Positions 13,556 to 26,132 of a DNA stretch of 64,000 bases are shown here, in pieces. Origin of the DNA: Octopus sinensis (Eukaryota). Made by a program: the position numbers and the translations under genes. The stretch lies in the NCBI RefSeq assembly GCF_006345805.1, contig NC_043005.1, positions 92,442,001 through 92,506,000 on the forward strand. Direction: 5' to 3'. How positions within the stretch are numbered: the first letter of the stretch is position 1; the number at the start of each line of letters is the position of its first letter. The notes under the pieces are model-generated. The model saw only the letters and a list, made by a program, of their open reading frames with translations, ran no database searches and was not told where the DNA came from.

Positions 13556-13881
13556 GTACATTATTTACATTTGATGGATATTTGTCCTCATCTTGTTTGT
13601 TGTTAACACAATGTTTCGGCTGATATACCCTCCAGCCTTCATCAGGTGTCTTGGCATATGGCATAGTGGTTAAGAGCGCGGGCTACTAACCCCAAGATTC
13701 CAAGCAGTGACCTGAATAATAATGATAATAACAACAACATCGAAAAATACCTTAGGAATGAGAACCCAAGTTCGAAATTTTCCCAAGACACCTGATGAAG
13801 GCTGGAGAGTATATTAGCCGAAACGTTGTGTTAACAACAAACAAGATGAGGACAAATATCTATCAAATATAAATAATGTAC
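13556..13881 (+). mobile_element. tRNA-headed non-autonomous element with 99-bp inverted PLE-type arms
   Basis: Arms at 13556-13654 and 13783-13881 are reverse complements. A Pol III A-box (TGGCATAGTGG) starts at 13659; no intact B-box seen. Confidence 0.7.
13787..13832 (+). ncRNA. Minimal type I hammerhead ribozyme, intact core
   Basis: GACAC-CTGATGA-a-GGCT..AGCC-GAA-ACGT-T-GTGTT: 5-bp stem I, palindromic ACGU stem III, GUU cleavage triplet. The antisense copy at 13605-13650 has ACAT instead. Confidence 0.75.
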
Positions 13882-14481
13882 TTAAAAAGAATTTGGTCAA
13901 TGCTGATCAAACCAAGTTTATGCCTCCATATCAAGAATCAGAGCTCATCATTTTTATAACAGATCTCTGCAAATTTGATAAGCTTGGTCAAGGCAACCAA
14001 AATTCAAAGACAATACAATTGCGTTTCATTGAAGATATAGCAGACAGCTTATACAACCTTCTAGATCTATAAAGATCGAGAAAAGTGGAACAGGTGCAGT
14101 TGAGAAGTATATTACTTGCTGCACCTGTGAATTTTATACATGAAATGATATTGTGTTTGAAAAGCCTAAAAATTGTAGATATCTATAATATAACTGGAAG
14201 AAGAAATATTTTAAATGCAAAACTGTGGGTTATAAACTTGCATTTATTAAAGGGAAACCTCCTGCATTTGCATAAATGTGTAAATCATGAACCAAAAAGA
14301 CTAAATGTTTGTACCTTTCGAAAGAAAAGAAATTTATGATATTAGGTCTGACACTGAAATGTTTACACTACATGGCAAGGTGAGAACCACCTTATTGTAA
14401 TTTATAAGGAACAAGGTCCATTTGGATATGCAAATGGATACCAATAATAATATTATCTTAATTCCAAGGAACTTTTACATA

Positions 14482-15657
14482 CTGTAAAAACCCATGTAAT
14501 TTGCGCACCTGTGTAACTTACACAGGTGATTTTCAGGACAAAAATAGTTAGGAAAGCTTCTACTCATGTAAAATTAGCACCCAAAAGTTTTCAAAATTGT
14601 CAATATAGCCAGGGGAAAAAAGTTTTTAATTTAGTTGTATTTAGCATAAATTCATTTATTTATGATTAGATTTTATTAAATAAAAATAACTTCTGTTTAG
14701 CAGGTATCACGTTGAAAGCATTTGTGTTGTTTATAATAAACTTTATTTTACATTTCTTGCCCACAAGAGATTATGTCCGATCTTTAGCATACTGCTGTAT
14801 GTCTTCTCAAATCATGATCACAGGAAAAGTTAAGAATTACCAACAAAAACAAAGCTGATAAATACGCACAAGTGTTGCAAATTAAGTTTAACTACCAATA
14901 AACATCAGCTTGGATGACACTTTACTCAACCGACAGAGGAAGGTGACTGATCAAACTGATTATGTAAACAGAATTCTCTTCCACCAATTGTTGTGGGAAC
15001 CTTTGATATGGAGTATCGAAATTTTAATCCCTTTCACACTTATAAAATGTCAAGCAAACTTAATTTGTTATTACCGTTATTGTCAGTATGGGCAGAACTT
15101 ATGAATCGTTTACTGTGAAGGAGAAATTAAATATGTTGAATATGCATTTGAATGTGGCGAAAGAGCTGCCGGAAGGTATTTTAATGTTAATGAAGCCAGT
15201 GTTCGAAATTGGCATAAACAGTATGACAAACTTAAAACTGTGCCTAGTGATAAACATACAATCAAAATTATCCATATCATTACATTTTTTTCAGTCAGAA
15301 GTATCCATATCACTATGTATGTCCATGGTACTCCTTTGCGATAGGTAGAAACTCCAAGCAATGTAAAATATGGCCTCGACTGTGTTTACTAGCATGAACG
15401 TCAGACTTCAAAAAGTAGTTAACCAATATACCATCCAGCATAAATAAAAGTCAACTTCATTACATTTAAGCCATTAGTTTATCTGAGATTAAATGAGTCA
15501 ACTTCCGGTACCAATGTTCACATTATGTACATCTTTTTCCAACAAAAGAAATTTCAAAAAAAATTCTGGAAATGATCTACTCATGTAATTTATGCACCCC
15601 CTAAAGTTTATTTTTATTTTTGCAAAAAAAGTGCATAAATTACATGGGTTTTTACGG
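14482..15657 (+). mobile_element. pogo-family DNA transposon derivative
   Basis: TA TSD and 21-bp TIR C(T/C)GTAAAAACCCATGTAATTT. Frameshifted BrkDBD-like peptide MGRTYESFTVKEKL/KYVEYAFECGERAAGRYFNVNEASVRNWHKQ near 15088-15240. Confidence 0.8.
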
Positions 15658-15831
15658 TACTCATTCCTCAATCAAAATCTCTCAATAGTCAGACAAACTT
15701 TGCCTTGATCATGGATCAATAATTAAAACCTTAAGGCTTCTCTGAAGCTACCCTAGGAAAAGCACTCAATCAGAAATTACACAAACGTACACCCATTATC
15801 TTTCATATATTCGTACATACATAAATAAGTT

Positions 15832-16460
15832 CTTTGTGAGCCGCTCTCTGGCTTTATATAGCTATGGTGCAACCTCACCTGGAATTTGCATCACCAGTCT
15901 GGAACCCCTATCTTGCCCAGGATAATAATCATCTGGAAGCCGTTCAGCGATGTGCAACCAAGAGAATACCCTCCATCAGGCATTTGCCATATTCTGAATG
16001 CCTTACTTCCCTGGGCATGGACACATTGAAACTCCAACGTCTGGCAGCTGACTTGGCAGACACCCATAAAATTATTAACCATCTTACAAACAATAACTCT
16101 GAGCACCTTTTCAAACTCCATCTGTCTAACACCCGTGCACATGTTTACAAAGTCAGAAAACAGCACAGCTCCCATGACTTTCGGAAATATTTTTTCACGC
16201 TAAGTGTTGCTGAAGCATGGAACAAACTGCCGGCATCAGTTGTTAGTTGTCGGCGCACTGCATCCTTCAAAACTTCCATGTTTCCTGAGATTCGCCAACA
16301 CTACACATGATTTTCTCCCCTCCATACACACGCAAGCACGTATCTGACTCATACACTGTTCACCTTCCAGACATTTGTACATTACTGCATGTGCTTTATA
16401 TGCACTTTTGACAAGTTGTGGTGCACCTGAGCACTGTATACAATGATTTCATTATTATTA
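15832..16460 (+). mobile_element. CR1-clade LINE 3' fragment
   Basis: PHLEFASPVWNPY...LEAVQRCATKRIP...FFTLSVAEAWNKLP and an (ATT)n tail. Same family as 61770-63715. Confidence 0.9.
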
Positions 16461-17551
16461 TATACATACCTCTTCTTTGTATTTATGTATGTCATTATTT
16501 AGTTTTATTTCAAGATTTCTTACCAATAGAGATAGAGCCAGTTTCTAACCTAGATCCAAGGCAGGATGAAATTTGAAAAATTCTAAGTTTGGGAGAAAGG
16601 GAGGTTGAGATAGACATTTTAAATCTGGAAAGGGTGGTTAAAAAAAAAAAATTCGGAAAAAGTTCAAGATTTTAAATTGAGGGGAAGGGGAAATGTGAAA
16701 AATGTTTAAATTGAAGGAAATGGGTGTGGTGAGTGATTTAGAAATGTCGATTTGTGCAAATTTTTCTTTGCAGATTCGTATTCCCCGTAGCCGAAAAAGA
16801 AAATTTTTTTAAGGGGGTTGGGGAGGGCGGAAGTCTCGCCTGGATATGGAAATATATTGATTTAACGCAGAGATATATTATTGACATCAATACGAAATAA
16901 CGATATTTCGAACTTGGTGTGCGTCTGTGTCACGAAAGTAAGAAATACAAATATTCTATAATCACATGTTGATCAGTCCCTATCAGGCTCATACCGACCG
17001 CTCAATAGGACCACATTGTAATTTGAAGAAGATTTAGGAATTTCTAAATCTTCTAGGAAACTTAGAGGCTTCGACACTACTTAAATACAGAGGCCCTGAT
17101 GCATCTACGTAACGATGTTTTTACAGTGTACACTCGTAGGGTTAGAGTTACAGAGATGCGTCGGACGTGAGGTTTCCACGTTGGTTCACATCTAACACGT
17201 TTCAATATATCTCCAAGTTTGTTTGTTTTTTATTTTATACGAAATAACAACTTTATACATAATCATTAACCAAAGATGTTAACCTTAATAAAGAAAGAAG
17301 CTGCTTGGTTTTAAAATTAAAAAGACAAAACATTAAAAGCAATGAGAAATATTTTTAAAAATGACTCGTAGACTTAATTTCCAGAACACGTGTAGCTATA
17401 TAGGTTAGTCAATAACAAACTGAAAATTATCATGAAGAACCACATATAACTTTGGAACTATACTGGTTAAATAATTTTAAAAATCATTTTCTGTTTCAGG
17501 GTAAATAAAATTAAAATAAACGGAAGATGAGAGAAGAGGAATTTCACTTAC

Positions 17552-17600
17552 ATCTTGTCTACGCAAGGATTGCCAACACATGAAACCCAAGTTTGAACGG
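17552..17600 (-). other. DDX18: Probable DDX18 5'UTR exon 1 (upper boundary approximate)
   Basis: Strong donor AAGAT|GTAAGT at 17552/17551, in the locally CpG-richer patch next to the CCDC89 start. TSS not observable. Confidence 0.55.
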
Positions 17601-17685
17601 AAACAATGCGCATGACCGGAACTGAAAAAGCAATTTCCGTTTTAAACGTTGCCAATGTAAACAAAAAGAAGCGAACCGAGACCCG
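17600..17685. promoter_or_regulatory. Putative compact bidirectional promoter for DDX18 and the CCDC89-like gene
   Basis: Head-to-head first exons. TGCGCATG (NRF1-like) at 17607-17614 lies next to CCGGAA (ETS-like) at 17616-17621. No TATA box seen. Confidence 0.55.
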
Positions 17686-17709
17686 ATGGATGGCATTGCA
17701 AAAGAAGAG
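17686..17709 (+). CDS. CCDC89: CCDC89-like exon 1 (MDGIAKEE)
   Basis: ATG at 17686, GAG|GTGATC donor (weak). Phase 0 matches exon 2. Confidence 0.55.
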
Positions 17710-17900
17710 GTGATCTTTTGTTGGTATTATTTTATTGTTGCTCGTTTTCTCTGGATTAAGAAGAAAAAGTAATATTTTTTTCAGGCTCTTTTAAGCTGGG
17801 GATCCCGTCGTCGAATATTTGATCTTAATTTTGAAGACAATTCAGTATCTAATGACTGTAGCAATGCAACTCACTCCATTATAATTTCCTAAGAGGGAGC

Positions 17901-18117
17901 AAGCTAGCAGAAACGTTAGCACGCCGGGCGAAATGCGCAACCGTATTTCGTCTGCCGTTACGTTCTGAGTTCAAATTCCGCCGAGGTCGACTTTGCCTTT
18001 CGGGGTCGATAAATTAAGGACCAGTTACGCACTGGAGTCGATGTAATCGACTTAATCCGTTTGTCTGTCCTTGTTTGTTCCCTCTGTGTTCAGCACCTTG
18101 TGGGTAGTAAAGAAATA
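17901..18117 (+). mobile_element. tRNA-derived SINE (family C, resembling octopus OR-type SINEs) with 21-bp TSD
   Basis: B-box-like GAGTTCAAATTCC. Flanking repeat tataatttcctaag(a/t)gggagc at 17880-17900 and 18118-18138. Confidence 0.8.
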
Positions 18118-18692
18118 TATAATTTCCTAAGTGGGAGCCTCATTCAACTTGTTAGAAATAGCAACCTACTCTCCCTTCGCATCCAGTTTATAGTTTTTCC
18201 AACATTGTGTTTATTCAAAATCTATTCTGAAAAGTGTTTATCCACACAGGAAACCCGGTGAATTTTTACTTTAACACCCAGCCACCAAAACAAAAAGAAA
18301 AAACATGTAATAAGGTGTAAAAAAAATTGTGTATTAAACGAATGAGAAAACAAAAATCGGCGCCAACGAACTTAGGTCGGGACTTTCGGAAGATTCACAA
18401 GATCCAATTTTTTTCTTTCATAACTTTTAGGAAAATGGATATCTTTTAATGAAGTTTTGTATAAATACCTTTCAAACAGCATAGATTACGATTATAAAGA
18501 AATTTGAGGAGAAATTTTTTTTCCGAGGGGGTGGAGAGAGAGAAATACATAGGTTATTTTTTTGCTTGAGTGTAATGGAAAAAAGTTTTTAAAAAATTTT
18601 AGATTCATTTATTTTTCGTTTGAGTAATAGAAAAAGCAATAATAAATCTCCTGAATGAGGTATAAACAGTAACTGCACAACAATGTGAGGTA

Positions 18693-18935
18693 TATTTGCC
18701 GTCTCAATATGGCTAACCACTAAGGGTGGGTGTTACTGTAGCTTGTAGCCCCAGGTGAACATCTCCTCCAGCTGGCTTTAGGCACACTTCCTGTGCCAGA
18801 AGGATGACCTCCCTTTGCAAATACCGATAGGGCACAGGAAGTGTGCTTATAGCCAGCTGGAGGAGATGTTCTCCTGGGGCTACAAGCTACAGTAACACCC
18901 ACCCTTAGTGGTTAGCCATATTGAGATGGCAAATA
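18693..18935. mobile_element. Foldback MITE / long hairpin
   Basis: 105-bp arms (18693-18797 and 18831-18935) with 4 mismatches and a 33-nt spacer. Confidence 0.8.
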
Positions 18936-19424
18936 ATAGAAAAAGGTTGTTTTTAAAAAGATGTGTGTGAATCTGAGAGGGGAATATGTTGGATAAAATC
19001 ATAACTGATTTTCCTGTATTTTCTTTTACCCAAAGCCAGGAACTTTTCAGCACCCCCTCATATAAAATGAATCTAACAAATGACACCATTTTATGAAATA
19101 TCTTAGATGAATGCATGAGATATTATTCCTTAATAATATCTCATACATTGGTTGGAATTTATTAATAATGTTGGTTTGGTTGAAAAGACAAATGTAAAAG
19201 AAACAATCTTTTCAACAGTATGTTTTTTTTTTTAAACCGGTCTTTTCAAAAGTGATATACCTTAAAGCATGGATGCACTGAGCTGTGGCATTGATTTAGG
19301 ACCCAATGCTAATCAATCTGTGCTATGGTTGTATATGTAGAGTGTCAGCAACAACTTGACTATGAATCTTTTTAACTTCCTTATACTTTTATTTGCTTTG
19401 TATATCTATTCATTTATACTATAG

Positions 19425-19888
19425 GTAACTGTTGAGGAATCAGCAGAAATTACTTCTCAGTTGGATGAAAAATCAAGACACTTCAATTTATTATCATCTC
19501 GACTTGAGGAACAATCTAATTTAATTAGGATCTTGAAAGAACAAATCCATAATACAGAAACTAAAATAGCAAATTATGAAGAAAATAACAAGAATCTTGA
19601 CTCTTACCGAAATTTTGCTCTTTCTGAATTAAAAGAGCAAATGATACGTTACAAGACATTGAAAGACCATTATTACACATTACAAAACAACTTCCTGGAA
19701 ATAAAGGCACTCACAGAGCAATATAAAAGCAAAAATAAGTTACTAGCTGATGAAATAAAAACTCTGGAACTTTCAAATGAAAAATTATTTGGAACAGCCA
19801 GATGTGAAATTCTTGACCAGGTGGAGAGTTTAAAGAAAACTGACAGTAATTTTAAGGAACAATGTAAACTGATTGAAGAAAAAATTGC
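19425..19888 (+). CDS. CCDC89: CCDC89-like exon 2
   Basis: atag acceptor, gtaagt donor. 464 nt of open coiled-coil. LSSRLEEQSNLIRILKEQ resembles the CCDC89 motif LRSRIEEQSQLICILKRR as I recall it. Confidence 0.8.
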
Positions 19889-20181
19889 GTAAGTAATTAA
19901 TTAAAGAGAAACTTCTTCATCATCATCACCATTGCTCTTATCATCGTCATCGTTGTTGTTATTTAATATCCAAGTTCATGCTTGTTTTTATTGAATTACT
20001 TTATTGAGATAGAGTGGTTGAATAGATGAAGTTTTAAGCCACTGCTTTTGAAGGTCACATTAGACCCATCTAATCCACAATGATAAGAACTCTATGTGTT
20101 AAAAGAAAGACATCTTTTAAGACATGTCATACCTAATGTCTCCATACCCAAATTCTTTAGATACATCCACTGCTTCTACTA

Positions 20182-21472
20182 CGAGGGGTGTTCATTAAAA
20201 ATTTTTCCCTAACTCACTTCTGGTTATTGCAAGAAATGGAACTTGTACAGGTTTAATCATACATGTCTCTACATGTCACATTGTGAATTCCAGCTTTGCA
20301 CTTGAATTCGTTTGTCTTTTACGGCTGCTGAAGTGGACTAAGGTGTTATAATGGAGGCAGTTGAATGCAGATCAGTGATCAGGTTCTTATACTTTAAAGG
20401 TCGTACACCAAAAGAGACTTTCGATGAGATGAAAGAAGTTGATGGCGACGATGCACCATCATACAACATAGTCAAGCACTGGCATCGCCAGTTCAAATGT
20501 TGTCAAACATCAGTGGAGACTGCTCCTATTCTTGGATAACCACATGCTGCCATTGATGATGACACCATCCATAAAGTGGAAGCCATTATTTTGGAGGATC
20601 ACTACATAACTATTCAGCAACTAACCCAAAAAGTGAAGATAAGTGTAGTGTCTGTGTAAAACATCATTCACAACCATTTGCACATGCAGAAGTTGTCTGC
20701 ATGATGGATTCCCCGGATGCTCAGACCTTTTCAGAAGCAGGAACAAGTCAATTGCTCCCAGGCTCCTTTGGCAATGTGCCAAGAAAACAAGGACGTTTTC
20801 GACAGACTTATCACACATGATGAAACATAGATCCATCACTATGGTCCTGAGACTAAAATCCAGTCAAAGCAATGGAAGCATAACTCACCACTTCCAATGA
20901 AGGCTTATGTCCAACCCACAGCAGGCAGTTGATGCTTACAGTCTTTAGAGACCAATGTGGAGTAGTGATGATGAATTTTCTAGCAAAGGGCACTACAATT
21001 AATGGGGTATATCATGCTTCTCTGCTGCAGAAATTGCAAGATGTCATCAAAGCAGAGAGACATAATGGCATGCTGACCAAAGGAATCCGCCTCCTACAAG
21101 ACAACGCCCCAGTTCACAATGTGCATGTTGACCAGATGAAAGCACACTCCTGTGTCTATGAAATCCTTCCTCATCCCCCTTACTCTCCCAGCCTCACACC
21201 ATCTGACTTCCACCTCTTTCCAACCATGAAGTCTTTTTTGAAGAGGAAGCACTCTTCAGATGATGATGAACTTATTTCCAAGATAAAGTCTTGGTTCCAG
21301 ACGCAACCTACCAAATTCTGCTGACAAGGTCTTCACAGCTGCATAAAACGATGGGAGAAGTGTGTCACCATTGGTGGTGGCTATGTAGAGAAGGGCTAAT
21401 GACTATGCTTAGTTTCATTTATCCCACTCCTTGCGAAGTGAGTCATGGTAAATACTTAATGAACGCTCCCTG
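20182..21472 (+). mobile_element. Full-length decayed mariner (1291 bp)
   Basis: TA TSD and degenerate TIRs. Transposase fragments MEAVECRSVIRFLY..., LLQDNAPVH and HPPYSPSLTPSDFHLFP, with stops and frameshifts. Confidence 0.92.
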
Positions 21473-21599
21473 TATCTATAAACTTCTCCAAACATTAAAA
21501 AAACTCTTCAACCATATCTCATCTTGTATTGCAGATATGCATTTCACTTCATCCACCTCTGAACTCATTATCTTCAGTGACTGATGTTACTGTTGTTGA

Positions 21600-21960
21600 A
21601 AATGAACCTTTTGCAATCCTTATGCAGCTGTGAAGACCTTGTATGCTCATCCTGCTCCAGCAGGGTCGTCTATGCTGGCTCTATCATGTTCATCACATGC
21701 CAGACAAGAGGATCCCAAAAGACTTCCTGTATGGGGAATTGGTCACCGGTACAAGAGCCCAACCTCGTCTTTGTTTCTAGGATGCCTGCAAGAGAGATGT
21801 GAAGTTGCTTGATCTGGACATCATGAGATGGAAGGAGGTCACAAATGGTCACCCACACTGGAGACAAATACTGTGAAAGAGGATGAAGCAAGGGGAAGAA
21901 AAACAGGAACTTGCCACCAAAGAAAAGTGCACTCAATGGAAGGAAGAACCAGTAGTGCTG
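21600..21960 (+). mobile_element. RTE/BovB-like LINE ORF C-terminal relic
   Basis: HVHHMPDKRIPK..LYGELVTG..PRL.F.DACKRD..LDLDIMRW, reconstructed across frameshifts. Confidence 0.65.
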
Positions 21961-22789
21961 GCAGAGGGCTCCTTTGAAGGTCCTTCAAATGCAGTCCTTA
22001 TGTACATGACTGCCACTCCTGTGTGGGCCTCTACAGCCACAAACTGATGCTGCACCACCATCAGCAGCTGACACAATTTCTTTGGGCGCAAATCCAATTT
22101 CTCTTGAGACTGATGGACGCCTACTACTATTAGAAACAACTACATGGACCACTGAAACCATGTCCCACCACATCCTACCCACAACCAAAATTCACAGCTC
22201 TGAGTCTCCAAATTACTTTTAACCAAGTTGTATCAGTTCAAGCAAAGAACACAGTCTTGGAGAAAATCAACAACTCCTACATACTGAACTGCTTTTATCC
22301 AGCATCCTCAACTCCAGAATGACCATCATCTCAAATGCGAAGGATAATTCTGTGCATTACACAGCCCACAAATTCTTCCACCTTCTTAACTGCATCCAAG
22401 CATTCTTTACTAACTTTGTAGAATCTTCCTTCTCTTGCTTTCTCAATGATGCTAGCTCTACAAGTGGTACTCTCATGGAGTAAGCCTCCACATTTGTTGC
22501 TTGTTTTGCATCCAATTTCATACTGCACATATTAGGTAAATATCTCTTTCCACTCCACCAGGGTCATTATGAAAGTTCCTCCAGTTGTTTCCAAAAAGAC
22601 CATCAGTCTTAACAATATTCCTTTCATTTCTCTCAAAGTACAGCAGAGCTAGCCCCCCCTCTCTCTCTCTCCCTCCCGCTCTCTCCCTCCTTCTCCCTTC
22701 CTCCCTCTCTCTCTCTCTTTCTTAGCCTCTTTCTTTCTCTCTCCCTAGGAATATACCCTAATCTTTGAGAATAAGCTACAATGTATACC

Positions 22790-22942
22790 TATTTCTTTAC
22801 TACCCACAAGGGGCTAAACACAGAGGGGACAAGCAAGGACAGACAAACGGATTAAGTCGATTACATCCACCCCAGTGTGTAACTGGTACTTAATTTATCG
22901 TCCCTGAAAGGATGAAAGGCAAAGTCGACCTTGGCGGAATTT
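22790..22942 (-). mobile_element. 5'-truncated family-C SINE with perfect 21-bp TSD
   Basis: gaataagctacaatgtatacc at 22769-22789 and 22943-22963. Confidence 0.88.
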
Positions 22943-23786
22943 GAATAAGCTACAATGTATACCATTTCTAAGAAGAGCCTTGAACCTTGCCAACTATCAT
23001 CTGCCACCAGCTTTTTCTCTACAGTCATCAACCTATGGAAGCTGGACATCAACTGCATCATCTTCACCAGTTAATTACATCATCCTGACTAAATAAAAAC
23101 ATTTAAAAGAGGCAGCAGCCTATAAGTAGATAGAATTTAGAAAAAATACAGGGTACGTTTTAATTCTGTAACTAATATTGTAAACACTTACAAACTTAAA
23201 CTTGCTAATATCACATAAAAGGAGACTAAACTCTATTGAATATCAGATATTTTTCATTTGTCAAAGCTAGGCTCTTAAAATATGTTGACAACTTGAGACA
23301 CTCTACTTCTTTTATGATGAATAGCATGTCCAAGAATTTGAAATACAAACAGAATGTATTTACTGCTGAAAAATGATTAGAAGAAAATACGATTTACAAA
23401 AAACATTAATGAAATCTATATTGTTATATTTGGAGATGGTTGGGGTTTTTTTTTTTTCTGGTGGGGTTGTTTTGTTTTTTTGCAAAACAAATACATATAC
23501 GTAATTAAATAAATCATTATACAAAGTTGGGTCATTTTTTTCCGTAGGTATGGGAGAATATTCCAGGTACAAGATGGATAAATGAAACTTTATATTTTGG
23601 GGTAGTTGGATGTCTTTAGCAGAATCTGTTCTATTGCAAGCATTTGGGCCAGGTCTCATCTTGAGAATACCTTCCTCTCTCTCTCTCTCTCCTACCAGTC
23701 TTAGCAGCTCTGTAAAGGTTCATGGCTACTGCCTTCTCTTCTAACTAAAAGGTAAAGGGAAACACTTTAATATAAAAAAATAATAA

Positions 23787-23834
<48 letters not shown>

Positions 23835-23864
23835 ATATATAATAAATTAATAAATAAAACATAT

Positions 23865-24130
23865 GCATATATACATACATATATGTACATACCTACCTCT
23901 ACATGTATATATACATGCATATATGGGTACAGGACACCAAATAAATGTCGAACACAATGAGAAACGAAAACATAAACACAAAACCAAGGAACTGGACATT
24001 TTTCTTAAACAACGAAAAAATAGAGTACAGGCCCCTTCTTCAGTCGCCATGGTTTCATCTACTCTGAGTTTCAAAGGTGAAGGCGATGTGTATCTTCGAT
24101 AGAAACTTTCCTTCCCGCGAAAAGCAAATT
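23865..24130 (-). mobile_element. PLE-like LTR relic
   Basis: Shares catgcatatatgggtacaggaca...gaacacaatg with 4010-4100. Carries broken hammerhead halves (gcgaCTGAAGAagggg; GAAACTCAGAGTA). Confidence 0.45.
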
Positions 24131-24406
24131 AAATAAAATTTGAGATCTTTTTGCAGAGAAAAAAAAAACACATTGTATCAATTCAAAATGAAAAATTAAA
24201 TTATACCATCTAGAAAATTACATATAATAGAAGTATAAAATATAAAATAACAATAATATACCGATGATTAAGTAATGTGCAAAATAATAGATAAAACATA
24301 TATATTTGGTAGAATATATTTATATATATACATTTATTAATAAGTATTTTAATATAAAGTTGCAATTGTGCAGGACTATGTGTGATTCTGTTTTCATTTT
24401 TAACAG

Positions 24407-24537
24407 TGTTCAAGATAGTTTAGCTGAGAAAATGGGAAAAGACCTCGAAGAAGATATGAAGAATCAGAAAAAGAAACACAAAGAAGAAATGGAGAAACTC
24501 ATGTCAAAACTTGAACACATTGAAAATGTATCTCAAG
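24407..24537 (+). CDS. CCDC89: CCDC89-like exon 3
   Basis: taacag acceptor, G|GTATTT donor. Encodes VQDSLAEKMGKDLEEDMKNQKKKHKEEMEKLMSKLEHIENVSQ; phase 2 in, 1 out. Confidence 0.75.
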
Positions 24538-25454
24538 GTATTTTAACTGAACTTAAAATGTCCAAGGCATCAGGGGCAAAATTTGCTTGTGGGAGGCCCA
24601 GCCCAACTTCACATACAGGGCCTGAAATGGTTTTGAGAAAAAATGCATCATACAAACCATCAAATAATAAATTACAGTAAATAACGGCAAATTGGCATCA
24701 GGCAAACAGAATGCCAGATAATATTCATTCTGTCTCTCAGTGTTCTGAGTTTAAATCTTGCCTAGGTCAACTTTGCCATCCACCTTTTCAAGGTGGATGA
24801 AAATGATTCAGTCTAAGGCAGTGGATTGGGGAGCAGGAACTACAAGAACATCAAATTGGATGCCTAGCAGTATTTGTTCCAGGTCTTTTCTTTCTGAATT
24901 CAAATTCTGCCATGGCCTGCTTGGCTAGTAAATTTAACCCAACGTAACTCTACTGCTTGACTCCTTGGATATCTTTAGAAGAATTTACTTTGTTGCAAGC
25001 ATTAGGACTGGATTTCCAGTTTAAGAATAACTCCTCTCTCCCTCCAACCAGTCACAGAGGCTTTGTCTCGTGTCATGGGCACTGTTTTTCCCTTCAAAGT
25101 AAAAGACAAAATGTATGTATATATATATACATACATACATGCATATACATATATATATCATCATCATCATTTAATGTCCGCTTTCCATGCTAGCATGGGT
25201 TGGACAATTTTGACTGAGGACTGGCGAACCAGATGGCTGCACCAGGCTCCAATCTTGATTTGGCAGCGTTTCTACAGCTGGATGCCCTTCCTAACGCCAA
25301 CCACTCTGAGAGTGTAGCGGGTGCTTTTTATGTGCCACCGGCACGGGGGCCAGTCAGGCAGTACTGGCAATGTCCTTGCTCGAATCTTTTTACATATGCC
25401 ACCAGCACAGGTGCCAGTAAGGTGACACTGGTAACAATCATGCTCGAATGGTGC

Positions 25455-25494
<40 letters not shown>

Positions 25495-25501
25495 TATATA
25501 T

Positions 25502-25668
25502 ACAAATTGAGATAGGGGTTGTAAATGCAACCCTCCACGGGATTGATTTGTTCTGCTTTTTTATGTTTAACCCTACAGTCTCTTATGTGGTGGTTTAATA
25601 AAGTATGTGATTGAGTATTATCTGGTAATTGATATTTGATTTAGATGAATTTCTCCATTTTCTTATCT

Positions 25669-25670
<2 letters not shown>
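25502..25670. mobile_element. PLE-like LTR fragment with internal inversion
   Basis: Same family as 32299-32587, but the terminal 37 bp are inverted relative to the rest. Confidence 0.65.
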
Positions 25671-25709
<39 letters not shown>

Positions 25710-26132
25710 TGTTTTGAGCAGATCAAATAACAGTTTAACTGCTTAGCATTCAGATTATTCTGTTAAATGTAATTGTTATTTATTTACATTATCTTGAATT
25801 AATCCTGTTTTATCACAAAGCTTTGAAATTTCAATGGTGGGATTGTTTATTTTTAGAATGACATTGTAGAGTAAGTAGAAGTGGTGGGATCTAGCTGGTT
25901 TGAACATAAACCAGTTTAAATGCTGTTCTTGTTCTGCATTCAAATGTTGCTTGGCATAAAACTAGCATTTGAGTTTCCTAGTAGCACTCAAAAAAAAAAA
26001 AAAATGTGATGATGATATAATGGTACCAATAATAGATGTTATGATGACCATGGTCATGGTGGTAGTCATAGAGTTGAGAGTGATCGTAGTTATAGTATTA
26101 ATAAAAAAAATTACTTTTGTGATTTTCTCTAG

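Noticed and set aside
24538-24680. ORF continuing past CCDC89 exon 3 to a stop
   Set aside because: The donor at 24538 keeps phase with exon 4, and the extension loses coiled-coil character. It remains possible only as a minor isoform.
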